From positions 23,446 through 87,445 of the forward strand of contig JAEUOS010000066.1 in assembly GCA_016790695.1 (NCBI GenBank): 64,000 bases of DNA. The letters are read 5' to 3'. Shown here in pieces: positions 41,756 to 50,393 of this stretch. Position numbers and translations under genes: made by a program. The notes beneath the pieces are model-generated. The model saw nothing but the letters and a program-made list of their open reading frames with translations. It was not told the DNA's origin and made no database searches. This DNA is from Burkholderiales bacterium (GTDB lineage: Bacteria > Pseudomonadota > Gammaproteobacteria > Burkholderiales > JAEUOS01). Position 1 is the first letter of the stretch, and each line of letters opens with the position of its first letter.

Positions 41756-43552
41756 CTAGGTGTGCTCGGGCAGTCCGGCGCGGCGCAGCGCGTCGCTCCA
41801 GATGCGCCCGGTCTCGTAGCGGGCGGTGGGATGGTTGGCGCGATAGTCGGCGACGCTGGCTCGCGGTTCGCGGCGGCGCAACTCCTCGACGGTGCGGCGG
41901 GCGTCCGGCAGGTCGCCGTTGAGCACCTGCGCGATCGCCATTGCGCGCAGGGTGGAATGGTGCGTGCGGTTGGCCTTGAGCGAACGCCTGGCGAGCTCGA
42001 TCGCGCGCGGGTAGCGTCCGGCGGACAGCGCCGCGGTGGCGGCGAGCGAGTCGTAGAAGTAGCGCAGCGGGTCGAGCGGCGAGAGCGCGATCGCCGTCTC
42101 GGTGTGCTCGACCGCGAGCTCACCCCTGCCCTGGAACGCGTACAGGGTGCCCTTGAGCAGCAGCGCCAGCGAGTCGTTGGGGTTGACCTCGAGGGCACGG
42201 CTGTAGCTTTCCTCGGCCTCGTCGAGGCGGCGCAGCAGGTTGGTGTGCACCATGCCGTCGATTGCGAGCGCCATCGAGCATTCGCTGTCGAACTCGAGCG
42301 CGCGGCGGCTGTAGGCCAGCGCCTGGCGCGCGTCCTCGTCGCGGTCGGTCGACCAGCCCTGCACCGACCGCAGCACGTGCCATTTCGCCAGCCACGCATA
42401 GGGCAGGGCCTGGCGCGGCGCGCGCTCGATCAGCGTCTCGAGGCGCTCGCGCGAGCGGTTGAAGCTGTCGGCGCCGAGACGGTGCATGAGGCCGATCGCG
42501 CTGATCAGCAGCGCGTAGCTCTCGAGCGTCGGCAGCGGCTGGGCCAGCGAGCGCTCCAGTTCGCGGTCGACGATCCGTGCCGCCACCCTGCCGGGGATGT
42601 GGGTGGCGAGCGGATTGTCGGCGCGGAACAGCGCGGCGATGTCGAGCGGCAGGCGCTCGGTCCACAGCACCGACGCCGAGCGGGTTTCGGTGAGTTCGAG
42701 GAACAGCAGCAGCCTTCCGCCGGACTCGTAATAGTTGCCCGAGAGCACGTACTGGGCACGCAGCACGCTGCCGAGGGCTGCCGGCGCTTCCGCGCGCCCG
42801 CGCAGCGCCGTCGTCGACAGGCGCGAGATGACGTTCAACTCCGGCATGCGCGACAGCGCGCGGATGATCTCGTCGGCGGCCGCCTCGCCGAACACGCCGT
42901 GCGCCGGGTCGGGAGCGTGCGACACCGGGGGGATCACCGCGATGCTCGGCCGCAGTTCGGCCGGCGCGCGTGCCGGCACGGCCTGTCCGGCCGGCGCACC
43001 CGGCGGCCCGACGCGGTAGACGCGCAGCGGCTCGTCGTACTGCTTGGGTGCGTAGTGCTCGCCGAGGTCCTCGATGTCGGCATCGAGCGCCTCGACGAGG
43101 CCCTCGCGCGCCTCCGGGGTCAGCACGGTCTCGCCTGGCGCGGCGGTGTCGGCCAGGCGTGCGGTGAGGTTGACTGCCTGGCCGTAGATGTCGGCGGCGT
43201 CCTCGGCGAATTCGCCGCTGTGCACGCCGATGCGCAGGCGCATGGCGCGCTGCGGCGGCCGGCCGGCATTGTCGGATTCCGCGAGCGCGTGCACCGCATG
43301 GGCAGCGGCCACCGCCGCCGGCGCGCCGGCGAACACCGCCAGGATGCGGTCGCCCGTATGGTTCACCACGCGTCCGCCATGCCGGGCCACCGGCCCGCTG
43401 CGGACCGCCTCGCACAGCGCCAGCCAGCGTTCGATCGTCTCGCGTTCATTCTCTTTCATCAGGCGCACGGATTCGGCCAGGTCGGCCAGGAAAATGACTC
43501 CCGCCGCCGGCGATTCGTGCATGCCGACAGAATCCAGTTCGTGCGAACGCAT
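41756..43552 (-). CDS. Class III adenylate/guanylate cyclase with C-terminal TPR region
   Basis: Cyclase blocks VIFLADLAESV, HTGDRILAVF, RIGVHSGE, YGQAVNLTARL. The C-terminal half has TPR-like repeats. Start chosen at ATG 43552 (GGGAGGGGG upstream); the ORF extends to GTG 43585. Confidence 0.8.
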   Translation of the reverse strand: MRSHELDSVGMHESPAAGVIFLADLAESVRLMKENERETIERWLALCEAVRSGPVARHGGRVVNHTGDRILAVFAGAPAAVAAAHAVHALAESDNAGRPPQRAMRLRIGVHSGEFAEDAADIYGQAVNLTARLADTAAPGETVLTPEAREGLVEALDADIEDLGEHYAPKQYDEPLRVYRVGPPGAPAGQAVPARAPAELRPSIAVIPPVSHAPDPAHGVFGEAAADEIIRALSRMPELNVISRLSTTALRGRAEAPAALGSVLRAQYVLSGNYYESGGRLLLFLELTETRSASVLWTERLPLDIAALFRADNPLATHIPGRVAARIVDRELERSLAQPLPTLESYALLISAIGLMHRLGADSFNRSRERLETLIERAPRQALPYAWLAKWHVLRSVQGWSTDRDEDARQALAYSRRALEFDSECSMALAIDGMVHTNLLRRLDEAEESYSRALEVNPNDSLALLLKGTLYAFQGRGELAVEHTETAIALSPLDPLRYFYDSLAATAALSAGRYPRAIELARRSLKANRTHHSTLRAMAIAQVLNGDLPDARRTVEELRRREPRASVADYRANHPTARYETGRIWSDALRRAGLPEHT

Positions 43553-43651
43553 GCTAGCGAGAGCCCCCTCCCTTCGCTTCGCCACTATTATGGACTTGTG
43601 TTGCGCTGAAGCGGGCCGCCCGGCGGCATCGCCTGCGGACGGGGCGGGAAA

Positions 43652-43666
43652 TGTGAATACGTCACA
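43652..43666. promoter_or_regulatory. Inverted repeat TGTGA-ATACG-TCACA in the cyclase/luxR divergent region
   Basis: Read directly. The arms match CRP half-sites, but the spacer is 5 nt instead of the canonical 6. Confidence 0.35.
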
Positions 43667-43754
43667 CTTTTCCGGTGTCGCACGCCGCCGACGCGCGCCG
43701 CGGCGCCCCCTACAGTGGTCACCGTCGATTCGACACGTGCGAAGGGGCGATCAG

Positions 43755-44522
43755 ATGGTGATGCAGACGGAATCGGGTTCGGCCGGGTGGCGCGACGCCG
43801 CGCCGGAGTTCAGGGGCACCGGATCGGCGGCGTCGCTGCCGCTGGCGGCGCTGTTCAACGAGCTGGCGTTCGGCGTGGCGATCATCGATCGCGACGGCGG
43901 CGTGGTGCACGTCTCGCGCGCCGCGCGGCTGATGATGCAGGCAGGCCGCGGCCTGCGCCTGGCCGAAGGCCGGGTCATCGCGGAGGACGCGGCGTCCGGC
44001 GCGGCGCTGGCGCGCGGCGTGACCGGTGCCATTGAGGGCCGGCGCAGCTACCTCGCGTTCGGCCAGGGGGACGGGCGCATGGACGTGGCGGTGGTGCCGC
44101 TGGCCGGCGCCCAGTTCGCCGAGCCGCTCGCCGCACTGATCTTCGAACGTGCGTCCGGCAGCAACGGCCTGGCGCTGTACTTCTTCGCGCAGGCCTACCG
44201 CCTGACGCGCACCGAGCATGCGGTGCTGGGCGAACTGGGCGAGGGACTGAGCGTCGTGGAGGCCGCCCGCGCGCTGGACTCGAGCGTGCACACGCTGCGC
44301 ACGCACGTGCGCAACATCCTTGCCAAGACCGGGGTGCCCAACCTGCGCGGGCTGGTGCGCCGCATCGGCATGCTGCCGCCGGTCGGGGCGCGGTTCGCGG
44401 TCGCGCATGCGCGGGCGGAGGGACTCGTGCACCGGCCGGCGGCATCGACGGCGGCGGTGCCGGCTCCGCGTTCGGACGCCTCCGCGGCCGCGCGCGAGGA
44501 CCGCCGCGCCGTGGCGGCCTGA
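43755..44522 (+). CDS. LuxR-family HTH regulator with N-terminal PAS-like region (no receiver domain)
   Basis: ATG 43755 within ORF 43188..44522. C-terminal LuxR HTH LTRTEHAVLGELGEGLSVVEAARALDSSVHTLRTHVRNILAKTG. The N-terminal region FGVAIIDRDGGVVHVSRAARLMM is PAS-like. Confidence 0.8.
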   Translation: MVMQTESGSAGWRDAAPEFRGTGSAASLPLAALFNELAFGVAIIDRDGGVVHVSRAARLMMQAGRGLRLAEGRVIAEDAASGAALARGVTGAIEGRRSYLAFGQGDGRMDVAVVPLAGAQFAEPLAALIFERASGSNGLALYFFAQAYRLTRTEHAVLGELGEGLSVVEAARALDSSVHTLRTHVRNILAKTGVPNLRGLVRRIGMLPPVGARFAVAHARAEGLVHRPAASTAAVPAPRSDASAAAREDRRAVAA

Positions 44523-44526
44523 CGCC

Positions 44527-45360
44527 ATGGCGCCGACCCTGGCGGGCGCGTTGCCCGCGCGACCGACTGCGCCGTCCGCATGCGCGTTCGATGCGATCCG
44601 GTTCGGACTGTCCGGCGCGGCGGCACCCGCCCGCGGCGACGGCCTGCCGGTGGCGCGTGCGATCCGGCCGGACAGCGATCGCCAGCGGGACGCCGGTCCG
44701 GAAGCGGCGTCCACGCTGTTCGTCGGCATGGTCGCGCACGAACTGCGCGCGCAGCTGCGCACCGCCGATGCGTTGCGCGGCCGAATCGCGGAGGTCTCGG
44801 GCGACGCGGAGGCTGCCGCGGGCCTGCTGGCGCGGCTGGCCGCAAGCCATCGCCGCATGGAGGCAACGCTTGCCGATCTGCTGGCCCTGGCGCGCGCCGA
44901 CGCTGCCCCGCTCGCCCGCGCGCCCGTCGACCTTACCGCGCTGGCATGGAGCATCGTCGCCGACCTCGAATCCGCCGACCCCGACGCCCGCGTGGACTGG
45001 GTCATCGAGCCCGCCATGTCGGCCTCCGGGGCTCCGGGCCTGCTGCGCCTGCTGCTCGCGAACCTGATCGGCAATGCCTTCAAGTACACGCGCCGTGCAG
45101 GTGTGCCGTGCGTCCAGTTCTTCTGCACTGCCGGTCACGGCGGGCGGAGGGAGTATCACGTGTGCGACAACGGGATCGGCTTCGAGCCTGCCGAGGCATC
45201 CGGGCTGTTCGCGCCGTTTCACCGGCTTGCCGGCGCCGCGGAGTACGCAGGCACCGGACTGGGGCTCGCGATGGTCAAGCGCATCGCGTTGCGTCATGGC
45301 GGCGGGGTGCGGGCGGCGGGCGCGCCGGGATGCGGGGCGCGGCTCACGTTCTGGATCTAG
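44527..45360 (+). CDS. Minimal soluble histidine kinase (HisKA plus HATPase_c only)
   Basis: 277 aa. H-box FVGMVAHELRAQL, N-box LLANLIGNAFKY, G-boxes DNGIGF and GTGLGLAMV. No TM or recognisable sensor domain. 4 nt after the luxR-type stop. Confidence 0.8.
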   Translation: MAPTLAGALPARPTAPSACAFDAIRFGLSGAAAPARGDGLPVARAIRPDSDRQRDAGPEAASTLFVGMVAHELRAQLRTADALRGRIAEVSGDAEAAAGLLARLAASHRRMEATLADLLALARADAAPLARAPVDLTALAWSIVADLESADPDARVDWVIEPAMSASGAPGLLRLLLANLIGNAFKYTRRAGVPCVQFFCTAGHGGRREYHVCDNGIGFEPAEASGLFAPFHRLAGAAEYAGTGLGLAMVKRIALRHGGGVRAAGAPGCGARLTFWI

Positions 45361-45506
45361 GGCGACGCCCCTTTCCCCGCCGTGGCAGGCGCGCCGTCCC
45401 GGCCGGCGCCCATGGCAACATCACGCACGTTCGCGCCGCTCGGCGAGCTTGTCCTTGCCATGCGCCATAATCGCGCTCACCGCGCCCGCCCGCCGAAAGG
45501 ATCGCC

Positions 45507-46088
45507 ATGGCCGCCGTTCTCCAGTCAGCCGCCGCCCCGCCGCTCCCGCTCAGCCCCGCCCCCGTCCCGGTCAAGGGCCTGCACCACTTCGCCTGGCGCT
45601 GCCGCGACGCCGAGGAGACCCGGCGCTTCTACGAGGACGTGCTGGGCCTGCCGCTGGTGCACATCATCCGCGCCGAGACCGTGCCGTCGACCGGGGAGTT
45701 CTGCCCGTACGTGCACCTGTTCTTCCGCTTCACCGACGGATCGCACATCGCCTTCTTCGACCTCGGCGACGACACCGCGTCGGAGCCCTCGCCCAACACG
45801 CCGGCGTGGGTGAACCACATCGCCTTCGAGGTGGCCTCGGAGGCGGAGCTGCTCGCCGCCAAGGCGCGGCTGGAGGCGGCCGGGGTCGAGGTGCTCGGGG
45901 TCACCGACCACCATTTCGTGCATTCGATCTATTTCTTCGACCCCAACGGCATCCGCCTCGAACTCACGCGCCGTCTCGATCCGCCGGAGTACATGGCGCA
46001 GAAGGAGGCGTCGGCGCATGCGGAGCTCGAGGCCTGGATCGCCGAGAAGGCGGCACGCCGCCGCGCGCGCGCGGCGGCGTCGACCTAG
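45507..46088 (+). CDS. VOC (glyoxalase/bleomycin resistance/extradiol dioxygenase) family protein
   Basis: 193 aa. GLHHFAWRC...FYEDVLGL and NHIAFEV...SIYFFDPNGIRLEL are typical paired beta-alpha-beta-beta-beta VOC modules. Confidence 0.75.
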   Translation: MAAVLQSAAAPPLPLSPAPVPVKGLHHFAWRCRDAEETRRFYEDVLGLPLVHIIRAETVPSTGEFCPYVHLFFRFTDGSHIAFFDLGDDTASEPSPNTPAWVNHIAFEVASEAELLAAKARLEAAGVEVLGVTDHHFVHSIYFFDPNGIRLELTRRLDPPEYMAQKEASAHAELEAWIAEKAARRRARAAAST

Positions 46089-46100
46089 GGTGCCGCGCCG

Positions 46101-47090
46101 ATGAAGGTCTGCGTGATCGGCGCCGGGGCCATCGGCGGCCTCCTGGCGGCGCGGTTCGCCGGCGCCGGCTTCGCCACCAGCGTGCTCGCGCGCGGCGCGC
46201 ACCTGGCCGCGATCCGCGAGCGCGGCCTGACGCTCGTCTCCGGCGACGGCCGCACCACCGCGCGGGTGGCGGCGTCCGACGACCCGGCGGCGCTGGCGCG
46301 CGATTGCGGGCCGCAGGAAGTCGTGTTCATCGCGCTCAAGGCGCACCAGATCCCGGCGATGCTGGCGCGGCTCGCGCCGCTGATCGAACCGGAGACCATC
46401 GTGGTGCCGGCGATCAACGGCATCCCGTGGTGGTACTTCTTCCGCGAGGGCGGTCGCTTCGACGGCGACCCGGTGCGCACCCTCGACCCGCAGGGCGCGA
46501 TGCTCGCCCAACTCGACCCGCACCGCGTCGTCGGCTGCGTCGTGCACGCCTCGGGCGAGGTCACCGCGCCGGGCGAGGTCACCTGGAACGGCCAGAAGAC
46601 CTTCATCCTGGGCGAGCCCGACGGCAGCCTGTCGCGGCGTCTCAACGCCCTGGCCGAGGCGATGACCCGCGCCGGGCTCGAGCCGCGCGTCTCGGAGCGC
46701 ATCCGCGACGAGGTGTGGATGAAGCTCATCGGCAATACCTCGTTCAACCCGGTCGCCGCGCTGACCCGCGCGCGCATGGACCGCATCTGCGACAACCCGG
46801 GGCTGATCGCGTTCATCCGCGCCGTCATGGAGGAGATGACCGCGGTCGCCGACGCCTACGGCATCCGCCGCCTGGTCAGCATCGACCGGCGCCTGGAGAT
46901 CGCGCGCGGCATCGGGCCGGTCAAGGTGTCGATGCTGCAGGACCTCGAGCGCGGCCGCGCGATGGAGATCGAGCCGCTGGTCGGCGCCTTCCTCGAGCTC
47001 GCGCGGAAGGTGGGCATCGCCGCGCCGCTGACCGCGGCGCTGCATGCGCTCCTCACCGAGATGGCCGCCAACCTTCCCGCCGCTTCCTGA
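46101..47090 (+). CDS. 2-dehydropantoate 2-reductase family (ApbA/PanE-like) oxidoreductase
   Basis: 329 aa. Rossmann motif MKVCVIGAGAIGGLLAARFA. KLIGNTSFNP and SMLQDLERGR blocks are typical of the family. Confidence 0.8.
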   Translation: MKVCVIGAGAIGGLLAARFAGAGFATSVLARGAHLAAIRERGLTLVSGDGRTTARVAASDDPAALARDCGPQEVVFIALKAHQIPAMLARLAPLIEPETIVVPAINGIPWWYFFREGGRFDGDPVRTLDPQGAMLAQLDPHRVVGCVVHASGEVTAPGEVTWNGQKTFILGEPDGSLSRRLNALAEAMTRAGLEPRVSERIRDEVWMKLIGNTSFNPVAALTRARMDRICDNPGLIAFIRAVMEEMTAVADAYGIRRLVSIDRRLEIARGIGPVKVSMLQDLERGRAMEIEPLVGAFLELARKVGIAAPLTAALHALLTEMAANLPAAS

Positions 47091-47110
47091 TCCCACGCAA
47101 GGAGAAACCC

Positions 47111-47899
47111 ATGGACAAATTCGCGTCGGCACTCGCCGCCCGTCCCGACTGGATCGGCGAGGCCGAATGGAAGGCGCGCCTGGAACTGGCCGCCTGCTAC
47201 CGCCTGTTCGCCCACCTCGGCTGGACCGAGCTCATCTTCAACCACATCACGGTGCGCGCACCCGACGACGGCTCCGGCCAGCGCCGCTACCTGATCAACC
47301 CGTTCGGGCTGCACTACTCGGACGTCACCGCCTCCAACCTGGTCAAGGTGGGGCTCGACGGCGAGCCGGTGCACGCGACGCCCTACAGCGTCAACCGCGC
47401 CGGCTTCGTGATCCACAGCGCGATCCACGGCGCGGTGGCGCAGGCGCACTGCATCATGCACGTGCACACGACCGCGGGCATGGCGGTCGCGTGCAAGGAG
47501 GCGGGCCTGGGCACCGACAACTTCTACAGCGCGCAGCTGGCCGGCGACGTCGCCTACCACGACTACGAGGGGGTGACGACGCGCACCGAGGAACAGGCGC
47601 ACCTGGTGGCGAGCCTCGGCGACAGGCATTGCCTGATCCTGCGCAACCACGGCCTGCTGGCCTGGGAGGAGAGCGTGCCCAACGCGTTCTTCCTGATGTG
47701 GACGCTCAACCGCGCCTGCGAGATCCAGCTCGCCGCGGCCTCGATCCCCGGGCCGAACCGCGCCGTGACGCCGCAGGCCATCACCGACAGCCTGCACCGC
47801 AAGCATCGCAGCGTCGACCCCAAGGGCGGTCTGCAGCAGAAGGTCTTCGACGCCATGGTGCGCAAGGCCGGCATCGATTCGTACGAGATGCTGGTCTGA
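47111..47899 (+). CDS. Class II aldolase/adducin family protein
   Basis: ATG 47111 with GGAGA upstream, within ORF 45074..47899. Metal-binding region FVIHSAIHG...CIMHVHTTAG and LRNHGLL. Confidence 0.8.
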   Translation: MDKFASALAARPDWIGEAEWKARLELAACYRLFAHLGWTELIFNHITVRAPDDGSGQRRYLINPFGLHYSDVTASNLVKVGLDGEPVHATPYSVNRAGFVIHSAIHGAVAQAHCIMHVHTTAGMAVACKEAGLGTDNFYSAQLAGDVAYHDYEGVTTRTEEQAHLVASLGDRHCLILRNHGLLAWEESVPNAFFLMWTLNRACEIQLAAASIPGPNRAVTPQAITDSLHRKHRSVDPKGGLQQKVFDAMVRKAGIDSYEMLV

Positions 47900-49584
47900 T
47901 GGCGACGCCGGTGCAGATGGGCGGCTACGTGCTGCCCGAGTATCCGTTCGTGCCACCGCCGGAACTGGGCGCGCCCGGCGTGCGCCGGCATCGCCTGGTC
48001 ATCCTCGGCGCCGGGCTCGCGGGGCTGGCGCTGGCGTGCGATCTGGCCGAGCGCGGCGTCGACGCCGTCGTCATCGACGAGGACAACACCGTCGGCGTGC
48101 GCGGCGCCTCCTCGCGCGGCATCGTCTACGCGCAGAAGACGCTGGAGTTCATGGATCGGATGGGGGTCTGGCCCGCGATCGAGAACAAGGGCGTGGTCTG
48201 GTCGGTCGGCAAGACCCTCGCGGGCGACGCGGTGGTCTACGAGTTCGACGCGAGCGTGAAGAGCGAGTCGCGCCAGCCGCCGTTCGTCAACCTGCAGCAG
48301 TTCTACCTCGAATGGTTCATGGTCGACCGCATCGTCGCGCTCGGACGCACCGACCTGCGCTGGAAGAGCAAGGTCGTGGGCTACGCGCCGCTCGAGGACG
48401 GCGCGCGCATCGAGGTCGAGACGCCCGCGGGGCGCTACACCATCGAGGCCGACTGGGTGTGCGACTGCACCGGCGTCAACAGCTTCGTGCGCGATTCGCT
48501 GGGCCTGGACACGCATCAGGCGCGCGGCATCGACCGCTGGTGCATTTCCGACGTGCGCTTCAAGGAGAAGCTCCCGATCGAGCGCTGGACCTGGATCGAG
48601 GCGCCGTTCAACGACAACCGCGCGGTGTGGCAGCACCTGATGGCCGACGACGTCTGGCGCATGGACTTCCAGATGGGTCCGGAAACCGACATCGAGTACG
48701 TGAGCCGGCCGGAGGTCGCCGCCGAGCGCGTGCGCCGACAGCTCGGCCGCGACGTGGAGTTCGAGCTCGTCTGGGTCGGACCCTATTCGTACCGCGCGCA
48801 GCTGCTCGATCGCTTTCGCGTCGGCCGGACGTTCTTCCTCGGGGACTCGGCCCACGCGGTGAGCCCGTTCGGCGCGCGCGGCGGCAACACCGGCATGCAG
48901 GACGCCGAGAACCTCGGCTGGAAGCTGGCGCTGTTCTTCGCCGGACACGCCGACGCGGCGCTGCTCGACACCTACGAGGCCGAGCGGCGCGAGGCCGCGG
49001 TGTTCAACCTGATGACCACGCGGCGCACCGCGCGCTTCCTGCAGCCCGAGTCGCCGGCCGAGAAGGTGCTGCGCGATGCGGTGATCGGCCTCGCGCGCGA
49101 GTACCCGTTTGCGCGCAACCTGTGCAACACCGGGCGGCTCTCGAGTTCGTTCATCTACGGCAAGCCGCCGACCTCGGCGCGGCAGCGGCACAAGGTGCAC
49201 GGCGTCGATCCCGGCGAGGCGGTGCAGAACGTGCCGCTCGTGCTGCCCGACGGGCGCCGCGGTGTGCTGGCGGACCTGTTCCGCGGCGCACCGGCCTTCG
49301 TCGGCGTCTGGCACGGCGGCGACGCGGCGCAGCGCGATGCGGTGGTGCGGCTGGCGAATGCGCGCGCCCCGGTGCTGCGCATGGTCGAGGTCGATCGCGG
49401 CAGGCTCGGGCTGTCGGTGGTGCGCGATGCCGGCGGCGCGCTCGGCCGCGTGCTGGGCCTGCAGCCGGGCCGGTCGACGTTCTGCCTGCTGCGGCCCGAC
49501 CTGCACCTGGCCGCGCGCCTCGACGATCCGACGCCCGCCAACGTGGCCGCGGCCCTTTCACGGGTGCTGAAAGGCAAGCCATGA
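47899..49584 (+). CDS. FAD-dependent aromatic-ring hydroxylase (MhpA/PheA-TfdB-like monooxygenase)
   Basis: ATG overlaps the upstream TGA by 1 nt. FAD fold LVILGAGLAGLALACDL, and FFLGDSAHAVSPFGARGGNTGMQDAENLGWKL. Confidence 0.85.
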   Translation: MATPVQMGGYVLPEYPFVPPPELGAPGVRRHRLVILGAGLAGLALACDLAERGVDAVVIDEDNTVGVRGASSRGIVYAQKTLEFMDRMGVWPAIENKGVVWSVGKTLAGDAVVYEFDASVKSESRQPPFVNLQQFYLEWFMVDRIVALGRTDLRWKSKVVGYAPLEDGARIEVETPAGRYTIEADWVCDCTGVNSFVRDSLGLDTHQARGIDRWCISDVRFKEKLPIERWTWIEAPFNDNRAVWQHLMADDVWRMDFQMGPETDIEYVSRPEVAAERVRRQLGRDVEFELVWVGPYSYRAQLLDRFRVGRTFFLGDSAHAVSPFGARGGNTGMQDAENLGWKLALFFAGHADAALLDTYEAERREAAVFNLMTTRRTARFLQPESPAEKVLRDAVIGLAREYPFARNLCNTGRLSSSFIYGKPPTSARQRHKVHGVDPGEAVQNVPLVLPDGRRGVLADLFRGAPAFVGVWHGGDAAQRDAVVRLANARAPVLRMVEVDRGRLGLSVVRDAGGALGRVLGLQPGRSTFCLLRPDLHLAARLDDPTPANVAAALSRVLKGKP

Positions 49585-49787
49585 AGACCACACTCAATTT
49601 CACCGACCACGACGCGTTCTACGAGCGCCTGATCGCCGCCCACCAGGGGTTGACCGACGCGCAAAGCGCCGCGCTCAACGCCCGGCTGGTCCTGCTGCTG
49701 GCCAACCAGGTCGGCGACGACGCGATCCTGGCGGCGTGCATCGACGCCGCGCGGCGGCCGTTCGACGCTGCCGGCGCGCGCGGCTGA
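49581..49787 (+). CDS. DUF2783-like small protein
   Basis: 68 aa. ATGA overlap with the monooxygenase stop. FYERLIAAHQGLTDAQSAALNARLVLLLANQVGD matches my recollection of DUF2783, which usually accompanies such hydroxylases. Confidence 0.6.
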   Translation: MKTTLNFTDHDAFYERLIAAHQGLTDAQSAALNARLVLLLANQVGDDAILAACIDAARRPFDAAGARG

Positions 49788-49794
49788 GGGCGGC

Positions 49795-50271
49795 ATGGAC
49801 TACCAGCCGGTCGCTCCCCGCCTCGCGCTCCTGTACCGCGCCGCCATCACGGTCGAGGCGCCGCAACTGTTCGGCCCGACGCCACAGGCGGGCGGCGAAC
49901 GGCGCATCATCAACATCACCGGCGGCAGGTTCACCGGTGCGCGCCTTGCCGGCGCGGTCCTGCCGGGCGGTGCCGACTGGCAGGTGATCCGCGGCGACGG
50001 TGTGGCGCAACTGGAGGCGCGCTTCACGATGCGAACCGAGGACGGCGCCCTGCTCTATGTGCGCAACTTCGGTTATCGGCACGGCCCGCCGGAGGTGATC
50101 GCACGCCTGTTCGGCGGCGAGCCGGTCGACCCCGCGACCTACTACTTCCGCATGACGCCATTGATCGAGACCGGCGACGCGCGCTATGCCTGGCTCAACG
50201 CGCTGATCCTCGTGGGGTCCGGGATGCGCACGCGCACCGAGGTGATCTACGACGTCTGGGCCGTCGAATGA
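49795..50271 (+). CDS. DUF3237-like protein
   Basis: 158 aa. GERRIINITGGRFTGARLAGAVLPGGADWQVIRGDG...RTEDGALLYVRN pattern is typical of DUF3237. Confidence 0.65.
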   Translation: MDYQPVAPRLALLYRAAITVEAPQLFGPTPQAGGERRIINITGGRFTGARLAGAVLPGGADWQVIRGDGVAQLEARFTMRTEDGALLYVRNFGYRHGPPEVIARLFGGEPVDPATYYFRMTPLIETGDARYAWLNALILVGSGMRTRTEVIYDVWAVE

Positions 50272-50338
50272 GCGCCGCCCTGGTCGGGTTTACCCTGTTC
50301 AAACCGGCAGAGCACGCAGGCTATAATTTCCGCTCCAA

Positions 50339-50365
50339 AACCGACCGTGCGGTCGGTTAATTTTT
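50339..50365 (+). terminator. Rho-independent terminator-like hairpin AACCGACC-GTGC-GGTCGGTT followed by AATTTTT
   Basis: 8-bp stem, 4-nt loop and a T5 run, 68 nt after the DUF3237 stop and 29 nt before the dctP-type start. Confidence 0.5.
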
Positions 50366-50393
50366 GCCCTGTGTCGGGGTGAGGAGACAATCC

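Noticed and set aside
38524-42399. A 1291-aa ORF suggesting a giant protein that contains the S8 domain.
   Set aside because: Upstream of ATG 40557 this frame is Arg/Pro/Ala-rich shadow sequence. The same DNA encodes the PAP2-fold protein and the cyclase in other frames, with good RBSs and motifs.
41756-43552. Reading the cyclase as a Pycsar/CBASS-type antiphage cyclase.
   Set aside because: It is a class III cyclase fused to a TPR region, an architecture common in signalling proteins. No TIR, transmembrane or nuclease effector with a cNMP sensor is adjacent. A defence role cannot be excluded, but the sequence alone does not support it.
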